From: Planctomycetota bacterium
GTDB taxonomy: Bacteria > Planctomycetota > SZUA-567 > H5-PLA8
Assembly: GCA_045863855.1 (NCBI GenBank)
Contig: BTVV01000098.1
Location: 1-23,827 of the forward strand
DNA: 23,827 nt
Reading direction: 5' to 3'
Shown here one piece after another: positions 1 to 7,945 of this stretch. Within the stretch, counting starts at the first letter, position 1. Every line of letters starts with the position of its first letter. The position numbers were made by a program, and so were the translations under genes. The notes under the pieces are model-generated. The model was not told the origin of the DNA and did no database searches. It saw only the letters and a program-made list of their open reading frames with translations.

Positions 1-343
1 GCCGAAGACGGGAGCGTGATCGTGCGCGCGGGGCCGGCATCGACGACCGGCGCGGCGTTGGGCACCGGCGCGGCGTTGACCGTCACGGTGACGGTGTCGC
101 TCGCGGAGAGCGCTCCGTCGCTGGCGGTGAGGCGCAGCGAGTAGGTTCCGGCAATGCTGAAGCTGGCGGTCGTGTCCACGGCCGAGGCGTTGGCGAAGGT
201 CACCGTGCCGGGGCCGCTGACTTTGGTCCAGCTTTGCGTGAGCGTTCCCGAGGGCTTGCCGTCGTCGGTCACGGTGCCGTCGAGGCTTGCCGAAGACGGG
301 AGCGTGATCGTGCGCGCGGGGCCGGCATCGACGACCGGCGCGG
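1..343. repeat. Intragenic direct repeat with 288-nt (96-codon) period encoding tandem PKD-like domains
   Basis: Nucleotides 1-55 are identical to 289-343 (gccgaagacgggagcgtgatcgtgcgcgcggggccggcatcgacgaccggcgcgg), with further similarity just beyond. Confidence 0.9.
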
Positions 344-1541
344 TATTGGGCACGGGCGCGGCGCCGCCGGATTCGTAGGCTCCAAGGTCCGGCGCTCCGT
401 TGGCCGTGCGGGCTTCGCGGTTGAGCGGATGGACGTACTGGTAGAGCGGCGTGAGGCTGTAGCCGCCGCCGGTTCCGGGGTTGGAGCCGGCGTTGAGCGC
501 GGGGGAGGTGGCGGTGAGGCGGTAATCGTATCCGGAGGCATTGACGAGGCCGGGCGAAGCGGAGGCCAGGTTGGTGGTCTGGGTTGCGGTTCCGCTGAGG
601 ACGGCGCCGGGTCCGGCGAAGATGTTGTTGATCAGCTTGGACTGAGCCGGGGCGCCGGACACGCGCACGAAGGTGCCGCCGGCCGTGCGTTCGTTCACGA
701 AGGTGTTGTGGACGACGTAGAGTTCCTGGACGGCGTTGGTGGCTCCTTCTTCGGCGTAGGAGAGGAGCGTGGAGTTACCGGCGGAGGGGCCTTGCTGGAT
801 CAGGTTGCCGATGACGTAGGAGCGTCCCCCGTTGGGCAGGTTGATTTCGTAGCTGGCGGTGCCGGTGGCTTCGCAAGTGATGCGGTTGTAGAGGATGTAG
901 TTGGTTTCGGCGCGGCTCTTGATGAGGTGGCCGACTTTGGCGCGGTAGGTGTGGCAGTGGCGGAGCGTGAAGGTCCTGACTTTGCCGATGTACATGTTGT
1001 GGGTGAGTCCGTCGCCGTAGCCGTTGGCGTAGAACTCGCTGAACTCGATGAGGATATCGCTGGCGGCGTTGGCCGAGGTGAGGATGCCGTTTTGGTTGTC
1101 GTGAAAGGAACAGCGGCGGACGGTGAGCCCCGCGCCTTCCTGGCGGATGCCGGCTCCGTTGCGATCGGGCACGGCGGCGCCGCTGAATTCGATGTTCTCC
1201 ACGGTGGCGTTGGCGCCGGAGATCACCCAAGTGCCTTTGCCTTGGGCGTGGGCTCCGTTGGCGATCAGGTGGGCGCGGCCGGTTCCGACGCCGCGCAGGA
1301 CGAGATTATGGCGCGTCCAGGTGCAGGCGTCGCCGAGGTACACGCCGGCGTCGATTTCGACGATATCCCCGTCCAGCGCGACGGCGGCGGCTTCGCTGGG
1401 TTTCTTGTACAGTCGCGTGGGCCCGACTTGAAGGGTGCGCGCGCGCGAGGCCACGGCGGGCGCGGATGCGGCGGCGGCATCGAGCGCGAGGAGCGCAAAC
1501 GCGGCGGCAAGCGCGAGGCGAGCGTGTAGCGATCCGAGCAT
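1..1541 (-). CDS. Secreted right-handed parallel beta-helix (pectin-lyase-like fold) protein with tandem C-terminal PKD-like (K319L-type) Ig domains; 3' end beyond the window
   Basis: Not in the ORF track because it is open at the edge; translated by hand from ATG at 1541, 14 nt after the FecR gene stop. It begins MLGSLHARLALAAAFALLALDAAAASAPA (signal-peptide-like). Beta-helix motifs follow (GDIVEIDAGVY, VENIEFSGAAVPDRNGAGIRQEG, FHDNQNGIL, GHLIKSRA, YRLTATSPALNAG, PDLGAYE), then a PKD-like unit (NTAPVVDAGPARTITLPSSASLDGTVTDDG...SWTKVSGPGTVTF...GTYSLRLTASDG) and the start of a second unit. Confidence 0.85.
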   Translation of the reverse strand, partial: MLGSLHARLALAAAFALLALDAAAASAPAVASRARTLQVGPTRLYKKPSEAAAVALDGDIVEIDAGVYLGDACTWTRHNLVLRGVGTGRAHLIANGAHAQGKGTWVISGANATVENIEFSGAAVPDRNGAGIRQEGAGLTVRRCSFHDNQNGILTSANAASDILIEFSEFYANGYGDGLTHNMYIGKVRTFTLRHCHTYRAKVGHLIKSRAETNYILYNRITCEATGTASYEINLPNGGRSYVIGNLIQQGPSAGNSTLLSYAEEGATNAVQELYVVHNTFVNERTAGGTFVRVSGAPAQSKLINNIFAGPGAVLSGTATQTTNLASASPGLVNASGYDYRLTATSPALNAGSNPGTGGGYSLTPLYQYVHPLNREARTANGAPDLGAYESGGAAPVPNTAPVVDAGPARTITLPSSASLDGTVTDDGKPSGTLTQSWTKVSGPGTVTFANASAVDTTASFSIAGTYSLRLTASDGALSASDTVTVTVNAAPVPNAAPVVDAGPARTITLPSS

Positions 1542-1555
1542 GGCGCACCGTTTTT

Positions 1556-2953
1556 CTAAGGCTGGGAACGCACGGACCGTTCCGGAGCCACGAGGACGTC
1601 GTCGATCCGGAAGACCCGCGGCGGCGAGCCGGATCCGGCGGCGAAGAAGCCGATGTTCTTGAAGCGGTCGCCGGGGCGAAGCCTCTCGTCCCGCCGCCGT
1701 ACGTCGTTGTGCCGGAAGTCGTCGAACTTCAATTGCACGACGGTCCAGGCGCCGCGAACGGGCTGCTCGATGGTGACGCCGAAGTTGTCGTCGAGATCGA
1801 CGTTGACGCCCTGCACGCGCAAGTAATCGGCCGGGCCTTCCAGGTAGTACGCGAAGCGTATGGCGAGGCCGGGCCGGTAGCGGAAGAGGTGCTGGTGTTC
1901 GCGCGAGCCGCCTTGGATGCGTTCGAGGGGGAGGCGGACGGCCGAGAAGGCGATGCGCGTATCGCCTTCGCCGCGTTCGGCGGCTTCGACGGCGAAGCGG
2001 CTGCCGTCGCGAGCGGCGGGCACGCGGCGGGCGTTTTCCCAGCCTTGCAGCGGTTCGGTTTCGAAATCTTCGTTTAGCACGGCGGCGCCGAGCGGCGGCC
2101 ATGGGGCCGGCGCCGCCGCGACGGGCGCCGGCTGGGCGACGGCGTCCTGCACGGCCAGTTCGATGCCGTCCCGCGCTTCGGCAAACTGCCCGGCGCGGAC
2201 TTCGATCTCCGGTCCGCCTTCGGCTTTGCGCATCCGCACGACACCTTCCCGGACTTCCAGGCGGGTGGCCGCGCCGTTCAGCGCCCAGGTCAGCTTCGTA
2301 CCCAAGACGGTGGCTTGCGCGTGCGGCGTGAGCAGGCGCAGGGGCCGGCCGGCGGGCTGCTTGGCGACTTCGGCGCGCACGGCGCCGGAGGCGAGGCGGA
2401 TGAGCTTGGCGCCGGATTCGGAATCGAATACCGCGGACGCGAGGGGTTCGAGTTCGACGCGGGTGCCGTCGGGGTAGACGAGGACGGCGCTTCCGGCGGC
2501 GGCGGTGGCGACGCGGTCGCCCGGATAGAGCGCGTCGGGCGCGGCGGTTTCGGCCGAGCCATCGGCGCGGTGAACTTGGGCGCCTGCGAGGCGTTCGATG
2601 CGCGCGAGCGCGGCGGGTTGCTTGGGCATAGCATGCAGCGCCCACCAGGCGCAGACGCCCGCGGCGAGGAGGACGCCGGCGGCGAAGCCGAGCGTGCGCA
2701 GAGATCCGCCGATCTCGCGGTAGCGGCGCGAACGGGCGTGGCGCTTGGCGGCGAGGCGCACGCTGGGCCGCGCGGCCACGGCGCTGGCTTCGCCCCATTC
2801 GAGCAGACTCGTCTCGACGCGGTTGCGGACCACCAGTTCGCGGCGGCATTCGGCGTGCGCGTGCAGCAAGGCGCTCAGGTCGTCGAGTTCGGCGGGCGAG
2901 GCCAAGCCCTCTTCGTAGCGGTCCAGGAGTTCGTCGAAGCGCTCGCGTTCCAT
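1556..2953 (-). CDS. FecR-domain anti-sigma/sensor protein with an additional C-terminal beta-rich (carbohydrate-binding-like) domain, 465 aa
   Basis: Start reassigned to ATG 2953 (MERERFDELLDRYEEG...), 1 nt after the sigma gene stop. Helical N-terminus, one hydrophobic segment (LGFAAGVLLAAGVCAWWAL) and FecR motifs (YPDGTRVEL, IRLASGAVRAEVAKQP, TPHAQATVLGT, TRLEVREGVV). An Ala/Pro linker leads to a domain with EDFE...WTVVQLKFDDF...FRIDDV. Confidence 0.85.
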   Translation of the reverse strand: MERERFDELLDRYEEGLASPAELDDLSALLHAHAECRRELVVRNRVETSLLEWGEASAVAARPSVRLAAKRHARSRRYREIGGSLRTLGFAAGVLLAAGVCAWWALHAMPKQPAALARIERLAGAQVHRADGSAETAAPDALYPGDRVATAAAGSAVLVYPDGTRVELEPLASAVFDSESGAKLIRLASGAVRAEVAKQPAGRPLRLLTPHAQATVLGTKLTWALNGAATRLEVREGVVRMRKAEGGPEIEVRAGQFAEARDGIELAVQDAVAQPAPVAAAPAPWPPLGAAVLNEDFETEPLQGWENARRVPAARDGSRFAVEAAERGEGDTRIAFSAVRLPLERIQGGSREHQHLFRYRPGLAIRFAYYLEGPADYLRVQGVNVDLDDNFGVTIEQPVRGAWTVVQLKFDDFRHNDVRRRDERLRPGDRFKNIGFFAAGSGSPPRVFRIDDVLVAPERSVRSQP

Positions 2954-2954
2954 C

Positions 2955-3503
2955 TCAGCGCCTCTTTCTGGGAGCGGCCAACGCGGCCTTGCGCGTGATG
3001 CACTCGGCGAGCGTCTTGCGCGCACGCGAGAGGGCCACGTGGACGGCATCGACGGTCCACCCGGCGTCCTGGGCGATCTCGGCCACGGCCATGCGGCGGT
3101 GGTAGCGCATCTCGATCATGCGTCGGATGCGTTCGGTGAGGGTTTCGACGCAGGCGGCGAGGTGCTTCTGGCGCGCGCGGGCTTCTTCCTGCGCTTCTTC
3201 GTTTTCGTCGAAGGCGCGCGCGATGCCATCGAGGAGCGCATCCGGCAGCGCCAGCGCGCGGCGCTGCTGCGTGGCCGCACGGTAGTATTCCGAGACGCGC
3301 CGGCGGGCGACTTCGCGCGCCCAAGGCAGGAACGGTTCGACCTGCCGCCCGGCCGCCGCTTCGTCGAGGATGGCGAGCGCGGTTTCCTGGAAGATTTCTT
3401 CGGCCGCGTGGTGATCGCGCGTAAGCGCAAGAATGAATCCCAGCAGCGCTTGCCGGTGGACAAGCAGATCGCGATTCAGCTTGGGTTGCTGCATGGCGTT
3501 CAT
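2955..3503 (-). CDS. ECF-family RNA polymerase sigma-70 factor
   Basis: 182 aa with region 2 (LLGFILALTRDHHAAEEIFQET, FLPWAREVARRRV) and region 4 HTH (CVETLTERIRRMIEMRY...EIAQDAGWTVDAVHVALSRARKTLAECI). GAGG lies just upstream of the ATG; adjacent to the FecR gene. Confidence 0.92.
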   Translation of the reverse strand: MNAMQQPKLNRDLLVHRQALLGFILALTRDHHAAEEIFQETALAILDEAAAGRQVEPFLPWAREVARRRVSEYYRAATQQRRALALPDALLDGIARAFDENEEAQEEARARQKHLAACVETLTERIRRMIEMRYHRRMAVAEIAQDAGWTVDAVHVALSRARKTLAECITRKAALAAPRKRR

Positions 3504-3716
3504 ATCCTCAAAGGGGCGCCGGCGAATAAACCTAGCAGAGGATTTGGCGTGAATCTTCGGCTCTGGATTTTACGCACGAGCGCATAGAGCGGCGCTCAGG
3601 TGCAACGAGTGGATAGAATTTTTCCAGGGCACAGGTGCAATAGGCGGGTGATGGGTTGCCCGTTAACGGCGGGGCCGAAGGCGCCGGCGAGCTGGGCAGG
3701 ACAACGGCTGCGGAGG

Positions 3717-5927
3717 TCAGACCATCCAGTCTTGGTCGTCCAGATCGGGCGGGGGGATTTTGCATTCGATGGGCGCGCCGCGGGGGAAGCGTTCGACGCG
3801 GCCGTCGAGGCCGGTGGCTTCGACGAAGAAAGAGAGCGGATCGCCGCGCTTGAGACCCAGTGCGGCGAAGGGGATGCGGCATTCGAGCAGTTCGCTCCAG
3901 ACGACTTGCGTGCCGTCGTGTGGCGTGGGCCAGGTTCCTTCTTGCGCGATGGTGAGCGGCGGGCCGTGCTGGATGGCCAGTTCGGGCCCGTTGGGATCGG
4001 CGAAGAGGACGCGGACGCGGGCGACGGTCTGCGGGCGTGGCGCGTCGCTGGCACCGGGGACTTCTCCTGGGCGGAGGTGTTCGAAGAAGTCGGCGCGCAG
4101 GCAGAAGGCTTCGCGGTCGAAGCCGTAGAGGATCTGAGTGACGAGCGGATCGCTGGCGGCGGTCATGACGCCGTGTTCGCGGTCGGCCTTGTAGGTTCCG
4201 GCGCCGAGCCATTCGAAGTAGCTGGTGAGGCGGCCGTCGAGGGTGACGTGGAGGTGCGCGCTGGGCTGGGTGTAGCGGCGCCCGCCGTCGATGCCGATGG
4301 GGTTGTCGAGAAAGAGCGGCGGCTTCTGGCCCAGGCAAGTGTAGACGCCGCGCAGGTGATCGCGGAAGAGGCGATCGAAGAGATCGTCCATGCCGCTGGT
4401 GTGGTCGTCGCCGTACCACCAGAACCAGTCGGAGCCTTCGGCGATGTAGAGCTGTTCCCAGGCTTGGGCGAGCGCCTTGTCCTGATCGAGCGGTACGTTG
4501 CGGCGCTGGGTCTCGCGGACGAGGTCTTCGCGGACGCGGAAGACGTATTCCCACGCTTTGCGGTCGTCGGTGTGGCCGATCCAGATGTAGAAGTCGTGGT
4601 TGATCCAGGAGCCGCTGAAGAGGCGCCCCAGGCGGTGCGAGGGCGGCTTGGCGTCGAGGAAGTCGCGCACGCGGACGGGCGCGACGCCGCCGTTGCCGTC
4701 CTGTAGCCTGCCGTAGAGGGAGCGGAGAAAGCGCACGCCCTGTTCGGGGTAGTGTTCCCAGCAGTTCTCGCCGTCGAGGATGACTCCGACGAGGGTTTCG
4801 TCGGCGGCGGGGCGCCCTTCGCCGCCGCGCTGGATGCGGGCGATGAAATCCTGGGCCGCGGCGTCGCCGTCCCAGCTCTGGTACTGGAAGCCGACGAGGT
4901 CGCTGAGGTGGTGGTCGCGGAAGACGGCGTTGAGGCTGGCGCCATTTACGTCGACGCGCCAGGGCCGATAGAGGAGGTCGGGGCGTTCGAGGCGCCCGAA
5001 ACCTCCGCGCAGCCCGGTGCTTAAGGAAGCGCTGAGGATTTCTTCGTCGGTGGCGATCCAGCGGATGCCGTACTTGGCCAGGAGCGGGACGATTTCGGGG
5101 CAGACCGAGCCTTCGGCGGGCCACATGCCGACGGGGGCTTCGCCCAGGATGCGCTTGTGGAATTCGACGGCCTTGGCGACGTGAGCCTCGGCGTCTTCGG
5201 GGAGCGCGCGGTGGCCTTGCGGCATGGGCGTGCGCGGCATCGCCTCCTTGGAGCATTCCATGTTGAGCAGAAGCGGCAGGATGGGATGGTAGAAGGGCGT
5301 GGTGGTGAGTTCGACCTGGCCGCGCTCGGCGAGCTGGCGGTGCAGCGGAATGACCTGGGCAAGAACGAGCCGCTGGACCTTCAGGAGCGCCTGCTTGTCG
5401 TCTTCGCTGAACTCCTTGCCCTTCTCGCGCAGCGCCTGGAGTTCCGGGTATTCCTCGAAGCAGAGCGGATGAAACCAGGTGAGGTTGAACCAGACTTGGA
5501 GGTCGCGGAGATCCTGGACGCTGAAGTCTTCGGTGGCTCGAAAGGCCGGCCTGCGTCCGAAGCGGCGGCGTTCGAGGAGTTCGCCGTAGCGCGGGTACGG
5601 TCGGACCATGCGGTCCCACTGGGCCATGAAGAAGTGGTCGAGGAGGAACTGGACGTCTTCGCCGCCGAGGGCGTCGGCGGGGCATTCGGTGCGGCGCAGG
5701 AAGGCGTCGGTGGCTCCGTTTTCGACGTAATCGAGGACTTGGACGAGCATGGAAGGGACGAGGTTGATGGAGCACTTGAGGCCGGGGTGCTGGGCGATGA
5801 GCTTGGCCATGCCGTAGTAATCTTTAATGCCGTGGAGACGCACCCACGGCAGGGCCATCTCGCCGGTCTGCTGGTCCTTGTAGTAGGGCTGATGCTGGTG
5901 CCAGAGAATGGCCAGGGGGATACTCAT
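3717..5927 (-). CDS. Glycoside hydrolase family 57, amylopullulanase-like, with a C-terminal beta domain, 736 aa
   Basis: Start at ATG 5927 with GAGG upstream. GH57 conserved regions: WHQHQPYY, ELTTTPFYHPILPL, GMWPAEGSV (nucleophile Glu), ILDGENCWE (acid/base Asp), AEGSDWFWW. No signal peptide evident. Confidence 0.92.
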   Translation of the reverse strand: MSIPLAILWHQHQPYYKDQQTGEMALPWVRLHGIKDYYGMAKLIAQHPGLKCSINLVPSMLVQVLDYVENGATDAFLRRTECPADALGGEDVQFLLDHFFMAQWDRMVRPYPRYGELLERRRFGRRPAFRATEDFSVQDLRDLQVWFNLTWFHPLCFEEYPELQALREKGKEFSEDDKQALLKVQRLVLAQVIPLHRQLAERGQVELTTTPFYHPILPLLLNMECSKEAMPRTPMPQGHRALPEDAEAHVAKAVEFHKRILGEAPVGMWPAEGSVCPEIVPLLAKYGIRWIATDEEILSASLSTGLRGGFGRLERPDLLYRPWRVDVNGASLNAVFRDHHLSDLVGFQYQSWDGDAAAQDFIARIQRGGEGRPAADETLVGVILDGENCWEHYPEQGVRFLRSLYGRLQDGNGGVAPVRVRDFLDAKPPSHRLGRLFSGSWINHDFYIWIGHTDDRKAWEYVFRVREDLVRETQRRNVPLDQDKALAQAWEQLYIAEGSDWFWWYGDDHTSGMDDLFDRLFRDHLRGVYTCLGQKPPLFLDNPIGIDGGRRYTQPSAHLHVTLDGRLTSYFEWLGAGTYKADREHGVMTAASDPLVTQILYGFDREAFCLRADFFEHLRPGEVPGASDAPRPQTVARVRVLFADPNGPELAIQHGPPLTIAQEGTWPTPHDGTQVVWSELLECRIPFAALGLKRGDPLSFFVEATGLDGRVERFPRGAPIECKIPPPDLDDQDWMV

Positions 5928-6083
5928 GAACGCCTCGGCTCGCAGTCGGAACGATCGCATTCCGGGGAGCGTCCCCGGGAAGGCTTAGGGTATCGAGTTC
6001 TCGGTTAATGCGCAGGTGCTTTCATATACCGGCAGGCCGAAAAGCTCCCTGAAGAAAGTATGCTTAAAGTCTTGAAAATAGGG

Positions 6084-6113
6084 CTGACCTGCATGTGTGC
6101 ACCTTGTTAAGAT
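6084..6113 (+). promoter_or_regulatory. Candidate sigma70-type promoter for the second ECF operon
   Basis: CTGACC (6084-6089), 18-nt spacer, extended -10 TG-T-TAAGAT (6105-6113), within an AT-richer divergent intergenic region. Confidence 0.35.
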
Positions 6114-6163
6114 TCCTTATGGCAGTCCCCTATTGAAGTTGCGCTCCACCGGGGGGCAGGAGC

Positions 6164-6190
6164 GAACCGTTTGGCGACTTCGCGCGTAGA
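6164..6190 (+). promoter_or_regulatory. Candidate ECF-type autoregulatory promoter
   Basis: GAAC (6164-6167), 17 nt, CGTA (6185-6188): the generic ECF pattern of AAC at -35 and CGT at -10, about 27 nt upstream of the ECF start codon. Confidence 0.5.
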
Positions 6191-6215
6191 ACCCTTTAGA
6201 GAGGAAGGAGGGGCG

Positions 6216-6833
6216 ATGCCTCTCGAGTGCGTGCGCCAGGCCCGTTTGGGCCGGGCGGCGGCCCCTCCGGCGGAAGCGGAGCGTTCGGACGAGGAGTTGT
6301 TTCTCCTGGTCCGCGACGGCGACCGGGATGCGCTGGGCGGTTTGATCCGGCGGCACGAACAGACGCTGTTTGGGTTGCTGGTGCATCTGACGCGCGGCGA
6401 TGCGAGCCGGGCGGACGACTTGTTCCAGGAGACGTTCCTGCGGGCGGTGCGGTCGGCGCATACGTTCGATCCATCGCGGAGCTTCCGGACGTGGTTGACG
6501 GCGATCGCGGTGAACCTGGTCCGCGACGAAGCTCGGCGCAAGAAGGTCCAGAACGAAGTGGCTTTGCAGGCGCGCGAGGACGAAGGCGGCGCTCGGCAGC
6601 TTGAAGCGGAAGAGGCCGGCCCGGAAGCTCGGGCGGAAGCGAACGACGAGGCGGCTCGAGTGCGCGCGTCGCTGTACCAGTTGACGCAGAAGGAACGCGA
6701 GGTCGTGCTGCTGCACTTTTTCGAAGGGCAGACGCTGGCCGAGGCCGCGACGACGCTGGCGATACCGGTGGGGACGGTGAAGAGCCGGCTGCATGGGGCG
6801 CTGACGAGACTCAAGGGAGTGCTGGAGCGATGA
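6216..6833 (+). CDS. ECF-family RNA polymerase sigma-70 factor (SigW/RpoE-like), 205 aa
   Basis: ATG 6216 follows a strong RBS (aaggagg). Motifs SDEEL...GDRDALGGLIRRH, ADDLFQETFLR, FRTWLTAIAVNLVRD, LTQKEREVVLLHFFEGQTLAEAATTLAIPVGTVKSRLH. Confidence 0.93.
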   Translation: MPLECVRQARLGRAAAPPAEAERSDEELFLLVRDGDRDALGGLIRRHEQTLFGLLVHLTRGDASRADDLFQETFLRAVRSAHTFDPSRSFRTWLTAIAVNLVRDEARRKKVQNEVALQAREDEGGARQLEAEEAGPEARAEANDEAARVRASLYQLTQKEREVVLLHFFEGQTLAEAATTLAIPVGTVKSRLHGALTRLKGVLER

Positions 6834-7330
6834 AGACCGCAACGGACCACACGCACGAAGCGGACGACCTGCCGCCCGACCTGCGGGAAGCGGGGGAAGC
6901 GGTGCGCAAGCTGCCGCTGCCCGCGGTTCCGGCCGACCTGGCCGCCCGGACGCTGGCGCGCGCGCAGAACCTCCAAGCGGCCGCTTCGGCGCCGCGGCAC
7001 GAAGCGGTGGCCTCGAAGCGCTTCGAGGAACGCCCGTGGTGGCTGCGCCCGATCACGAGCCCGATGGGCCGCGCGGCGGCGGCGGTAGTGCTGGCCGTCA
7101 CGTTGGTGGCGGTGACGAACCCGCGTTCGGCCGAACGGCTGGGCGTGCTGGTGGGACAGTGGATCGGCGAGCGGAACACGGACAAGCTGGATCACTTCGT
7201 GGACCGCGTGCTGACGGTGGTGGGCCCGCGCGGCGTGGCGCTGGAAACGCCCGAGACCCCGGCTCCGGCGCGGCCGAACGGCGCCCGCGGACCGCACACG
7301 GCGGCTCCGGCGGGGATGGAGAGGGCGTAA
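6830..7330 (+). CDS. Putative single-pass membrane anti-sigma factor (hypothetical protein)
   Basis: ATGA overlap with the ECF stop. N-terminal LRE..EAVRKLP..AVPADLAARTLA resembles anti-sigma linkers, followed by a hydrophobic stretch (AAAAVVLAVTLVAVT). Function is inferred from position. Confidence 0.7.
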   Translation: MKTATDHTHEADDLPPDLREAGEAVRKLPLPAVPADLAARTLARAQNLQAAASAPRHEAVASKRFEERPWWLRPITSPMGRAAAAVVLAVTLVAVTNPRSAERLGVLVGQWIGERNTDKLDHFVDRVLTVVGPRGVALETPETPAPARPNGARGPHTAAPAGMERA

Positions 7331-7477
7331 TTCGATTGGAGATCGAAGGGCTGTCTCCAGTTCCCATTTTTCACTTTATGTCGGATTGCATGCGACCACC
7401 GCATGCTGCGTTGGTTCCCCTTATATTTTCGCGTTGACCTCTTCGGCTCTCTTCAAGCGGCAAGCAGGGCGGCACGC

Positions 7478-7774
7478 TCAGGTTCGGCGTTCGGCCCAGC
7501 TACGTTCGAGGGGTTCGCTGAGCAGGACACTGACTTCGCAATGCGGATCGAATGCGAATGGGGCGGAGGCGCGGAGGGCGCTTTCGAGATCGGCGGCGGC
7601 GACGGGGGCCGCTCTGAAAAAGTTCGCGCCGCGTTCGCAGCCGGAGACCCAGTAGGTTCCGCGCTGTGCGCAGGGTTCGATCACGACAAGATCGGTGTCG
7701 AGGCGGAAGAAGGCTACATGCCCCGAGGGCGGCTCGAACGAGCAGCTTAGCGCGACGGCTGGCGTGGTCTGCAT
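7478..7774 (-). CDS. Small hypothetical protein, 98 aa
   Basis: ATG preceded by GGAGG at 7-nt spacing; globular-looking composition unlike the Arg/Pro/Ala-rich shadow ORFs; overlaps no other credible gene. Confidence 0.6.
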   Translation of the reverse strand: MQTTPAVALSCSFEPPSGHVAFFRLDTDLVVIEPCAQRGTYWVSGCERGANFFRAAPVAAADLESALRASAPFAFDPHCEVSVLLSEPLERSWAERRT

Positions 7775-7878
7775 GGTGCGGCCTCCCGCACCCCTCCTAC
7801 TCAGACAAGTATACGCGTTCGGAGCGGGTGGCGCAATCGGGGGCCGGCGGGAACGGTGGTTTTAGTGCGCGGATGGCG

Positions 7879-7945
7879 GGAGCGGCTGGCGCCGTCGCCC
7901 GCCGACAGCACTCAGGCGTCCCCGGACGAGGGCGTCCGGAGCTCC
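7879..7945. repeat. Inverted pair of REP-like palindromes (REPIN-like doublet)
   Basis: The right unit read on the minus strand is GGAG-C-TCCGGACG-CCCT-CGTCCGG, a perfect 7-bp stem at 7922-7939. The left unit GGAGCGGCTGGCGCCGTCGCCCGC matches it at 17 of 24 positions in inverted orientation. Confidence 0.5.

Noticed and set aside
234..1529. 431-aa plus-strand ORF
   Set aside because: Antisense shadow of the minus-strand beta-helix gene; no motifs of its own.
3532..5775. 747-aa alternative-frame minus-strand ORF
   Set aside because: Arg/Pro-rich off-frame product overlapping the GH57 gene, typical of high-GC DNA.
5962..5978. CCGGGGA/TCCCCGG hairpin upstream of the GH57 gene
   Set aside because: A single 7-bp GC stem that does not cover the RBS; insufficient evidence of function.
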